Of a stretch of DNA of 1,186 nucleotides, positions 1-1,186 are shown piece after piece. The notes beneath the pieces were generated by a model. It made no database searches and had not been told where the DNA came from. It saw nothing but the letters and a program-made list of their open reading frames with translations. Location of the stretch: NCBI GenBank assembly GCA_000004985.1, contig GG739514.1; one strand, given 5' to 3'. The stretch comes from Naegleria gruberi. Lineage: Eukaryota. The position numbers and the translations under genes were made by a program. Position 1 is the first letter of the stretch, and every line of letters begins with the position of its first letter.

Positions 1-2
1 TT

Positions 3-1013
3 TACATTCATTTCTATGCATGTTTTGTGAGAGCTGTCAAACAATTCTACAGAGATTGGAGAAATTTGATATTTGAAATTCTCATTTCCTTTGTTGTTGG
101 TTTGCTTATTGGAGTATTATTTAATGGTCTTGAATTTATTGGAAGTGTTTCAAGTTCAAAATATAGCAAATGTCCAATAGAAATCAGAGCTGGTTGCATG
201 CTTCCTCAATCGGATACGATTGCTCCATACTCATCTTTCCTCGTTTTGGCCATTGCATTGATATCTATAATGAGAGGTTTGAGAGTTTTTGGATTTGAAA
301 TTGAGAATTTCAAAAGAGAATCTCATGTAGGTCTCAATTCTTGGATGTACTTTTTATCGAAGGATTTGATTTCAATTTTTGTGATTGCTGTCATTTCTTT
401 CAGTACTACATTTGGCATGTTATCTGCATTACCACATACTAACTTTTTCATTCTCTATGCCATTGTATTTCTAACAATTATGGCTGGTTTTCCAATTGGT
501 TATACATTGTCATTCTTCTTTGATCCACAAATAGCTCAATTGGCAGCTGCCTTAGTAGTTGTAGTATTTTACAGTTTTGGAGGAAATAATCCAACCATTC
601 CTGAAATTGAAAAGCTTTCTCCAGTTCTTGCCTACAGTCACGTTATCACCTATTTTAGATATATTAGAGGTTTAATTTATATGGAAGAACTTATTACAAG
701 AAGAGAAGATAACGACATTGCATCAGCTCTTAAGGTGAATGGATATGAAATTGAAGCAATTTCATTCTACTTTTATGCTCTCTTCTTTTGGATTGTAGTA
801 TTCAGGTATATGGCAGTATATTGTATGTGGGCTTGGAAACCACGTTCTCTGTTCAGTAAGATTAATTTCCTATCAAGGAGATTGAGGGCAGCAGCTTTAA
901 AAAAAATCATTCGAAAAATTTACAGAGGATTTTGTTGCATTGAGGATTTTAGTACTGTATCAAAGGCTAATCGGAAGGATGTCTGCAAATTTGAGGCAAG
1001 TGCAAAACGTTAG
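3..1013 (+). CDS. ABCG-family (White/PDR-like, ABC-2 type) ABC transporter, C-terminal transmembrane domain. The gene is 5'-partial, and the NBD would lie upstream of the window.
   Basis: The frame is open from the first in-frame codon of the window (..YIHFYACF-VRAVKQFYRDW..), with no upstream stop, so the GTG at 27 is not a real start. Six hydrophobic helices occur with ABCG spacing: TM1 LIFEILISFVVGLLIGVLF; a loop; FLVLAIALISIM; the ABCG signature 'RVFGFEIENFKRESHVGLNSWMYFLSKDL' (cf. ABCG 'ERElf.rE..sGlY....Yfl(s/a)K.l.dlP'); ISIFVIAVISFSTTFGM; FFILYAIVFLTIMAGFPIGY; LAAALVVVVFYSFGG ('fsGf' motif); the extracellular loop 'NNPTIPEIEKLSPVLAYSHVITYFRYIRGLIYMEEL' (cf. 'ip.wl.Wl.ylS...Y...al..NEf'); and TM6 FYFYALFFWIVVFRYMAVYCMWAW. 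Stop TAG is at 1011-1013. Confidence 0.85.
   Translation, partial: YIHFYACFVRAVKQFYRDWRNLIFEILISFVVGLLIGVLFNGLEFIGSVSSSKYSKCPIEIRAGCMLPQSDTIAPYSSFLVLAIALISIMRGLRVFGFEIENFKRESHVGLNSWMYFLSKDLISIFVIAVISFSTTFGMLSALPHTNFFILYAIVFLTIMAGFPIGYTLSFFFDPQIAQLAAALVVVVFYSFGGNNPTIPEIEKLSPVLAYSHVITYFRYIRGLIYMEELITRREDNDIASALKVNGYEIEAISFYFYALFFWIVVFRYMAVYCMWAWKPRSLFSKINFLSRRLRAAALKKIIRKIYRGFCCIEDFSTVSKANRKDVCKFEASAKR
288..368 (+). other. ABCG signature segment between TM2 and TM3 (E..F.RE...G.Y....Y.LSK), part of the ABC2_membrane domain.
   Basis: Translation FGFEIENFKRESHVGLNSWMYFLSKDL matches the conserved ABCG/White 'ERE(l)f.rE..sG.Y....Y.lsK.l' block. Confidence 0.7.
837..1010 (+). other. Atypical basic C-terminal cytosolic extension of the ABCG transporter after TM6 (KPRSLFSKINFLSRRLRAAALKKIIRKIYRGFCCIEDFSTVSKANRKDVCKFEASAKR).
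   Basis: Canonical ABCG proteins terminate within a few residues of TM6. Here ~58 further residues follow. They are rich in K/R (14 of 58 residues) and include a putative amphipathic stretch LRAAALKKIIRKIYRG and a CC pair. The last 35 nt overlap the next gene. Confidence 0.5.
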
Positions 1014-1186
1014 AGTTGTTGCTCGTTTTAGACCAATAACAACTAAGGAAAAACAAGAGAAAACTTCATACAAATTAACATACGATTTTGACGGAGACCA
1101 TACTGTTAAGGTATCAACTGATGATCAAGCCATTGGAAATAATTCCTTCATTCTTGATAAAGTATTTAAGAACGATACAAAACAGG
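979..1186 (+). CDS. Kinesin motor protein, N-terminal motor domain. Kinesin-1/KHC-like. 3'-partial, continuing beyond the window.
   Basis: The ATG at 979 is the first Met after an in-frame TAA at 898-900, with a purine at -3 (aggATGt). Translation is MSANLRQVQNVRVVARFRPITTKEKQEKTSYKLTYDFDGDHTVKVSTDDQAIGNNSFILDKVFKNDTKQ. 'NVRVVARFRP' is the kinesin motor β1 motif (cf. IKVVCRFRP / IKVVARFRP). 'SFILDKVFKNDTKQ' matches 'SFTFDRVF....Q..V(Y)'. Spacing and content resemble fungal/animal kinesin-1 N-termini (…KF.G.DTV.I..K.Y.FDRVF…). There is no in-frame stop to the window end. Confidence 0.85.
   Translation, partial: MSANLRQVQNVRVVARFRPITTKEKQEKTSYKLTYDFDGDHTVKVSTDDQAIGNNSFILDKVFKNDTKQ
1006..1035 (+). 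other. Kinesin motor β1 strand motif (NVRVVARFRP).
   Basis: Direct translation of frame 1. This is a conserved kinesin N-terminal motif preceding the P-loop, which would lie downstream of the window. Confidence 0.75.

Noticed and set aside
27-29. GTG 'start codon' of the ORF-track entry (M at 27)
   Set aside because: The same frame is open all the way to the window's first codon (…YIHFYACF precedes it) and the sequence is eukaryotic. The GTG is an internal Val codon of a 5'-truncated gene, not an initiation site.
71-300. Repeated 9-mer 'tttgaaatt' (71-79 and 293-301)
   Set aside because: A short A+T-rich word recurring once in ~33% GC coding DNA is expected by chance. There is no extended flanking similarity or inverted partner.
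801-830. TATA-like stretch 'ggtatatggcagtatattg' ~150-180 nt upstream of the kinesin ATG as a possible promoter
   Set aside because: It lies inside a TM-helix-coding segment (RYMAVYCMW), where Tyr/Met/Ile codons naturally give TA-rich sequence. It cannot be distinguished from coding composition without transcript mapping.
856-952. Possible intron (GTAAGA donor at 856-861 … TTTTAG acceptor at 947-952) that would remove part of the transporter tail
   Set aside because: Splicing these sites shifts the reading into frame 1 and would create an ABCG–kinesin fusion, which is biologically implausible. There is no recognisable branch point, and both sites are expected by chance in AT-rich DNA.
1011-1013. 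TAG read as Gln (ciliate code), which would extend the transporter further
   Set aside because: Read-through gives low-complexity, non-conserved sequence ending at a TGA ~25 codons later. Meanwhile the overlapping frame gives an unmistakable kinesin motor N-terminus. The absence of any in-frame TAA/TAG across ~1 kb of the transporter CDS also argues against a ciliate code, where such codons are frequent.
1-1186. Minus-strand coding potential
   Set aside because: No minus-strand ORF long enough to appear in the supplied track. The plus-strand ORFs carry strong family-specific motifs, so antisense frames are interrupted noise.

Overview
This AT-rich window (about one-third G+C by eye) is eukaryotic protein-coding DNA, not a prokaryotic locus. 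It holds two co-oriented genes on the + strand.

(1) The 3' end of an ABCG-type (White/PDR-like, ABC2_membrane) transporter gene. Its reading frame is already open at the window's 5' edge, so the GTG 'start' at 27 in the ORF track is an artefact. The frame runs to a TAG at 1011-1013. The encoded segment is the complete six-helix transmembrane domain that follows the nucleotide-binding domain in 'reverse-topology' ABCG proteins. It includes the ABCG hallmarks 'E..F.RE...G.Y....Y.LSK.L' and the 'LSP..Y..........NEf-like' re-entrant loop before TM6.

(2) The 5' end of a kinesin gene. An ATG at 979, in a different frame, encodes MSANLRQVQNVRVVARFRP...SFILDKVFKNDTKQ. This matches the strand-1 'hhVhsRhRP' and 'F.FD.VF....Q' signatures of the N-terminal kinesin motor domain and is most similar to kinesin-1 (fungal KHC-like). 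It runs off the 3' edge.

The two CDSs overlap by 35 nt. The transporter also carries an atypical ~58-aa basic tail after TM6. No RNA genes, CRISPR arrays, mobile elements or convincing minus-strand genes are visible. I see no evidence of a prokaryotic defence or other 'system' here. The interesting points are the gene overlap and compaction and the unusual transporter C-terminus.
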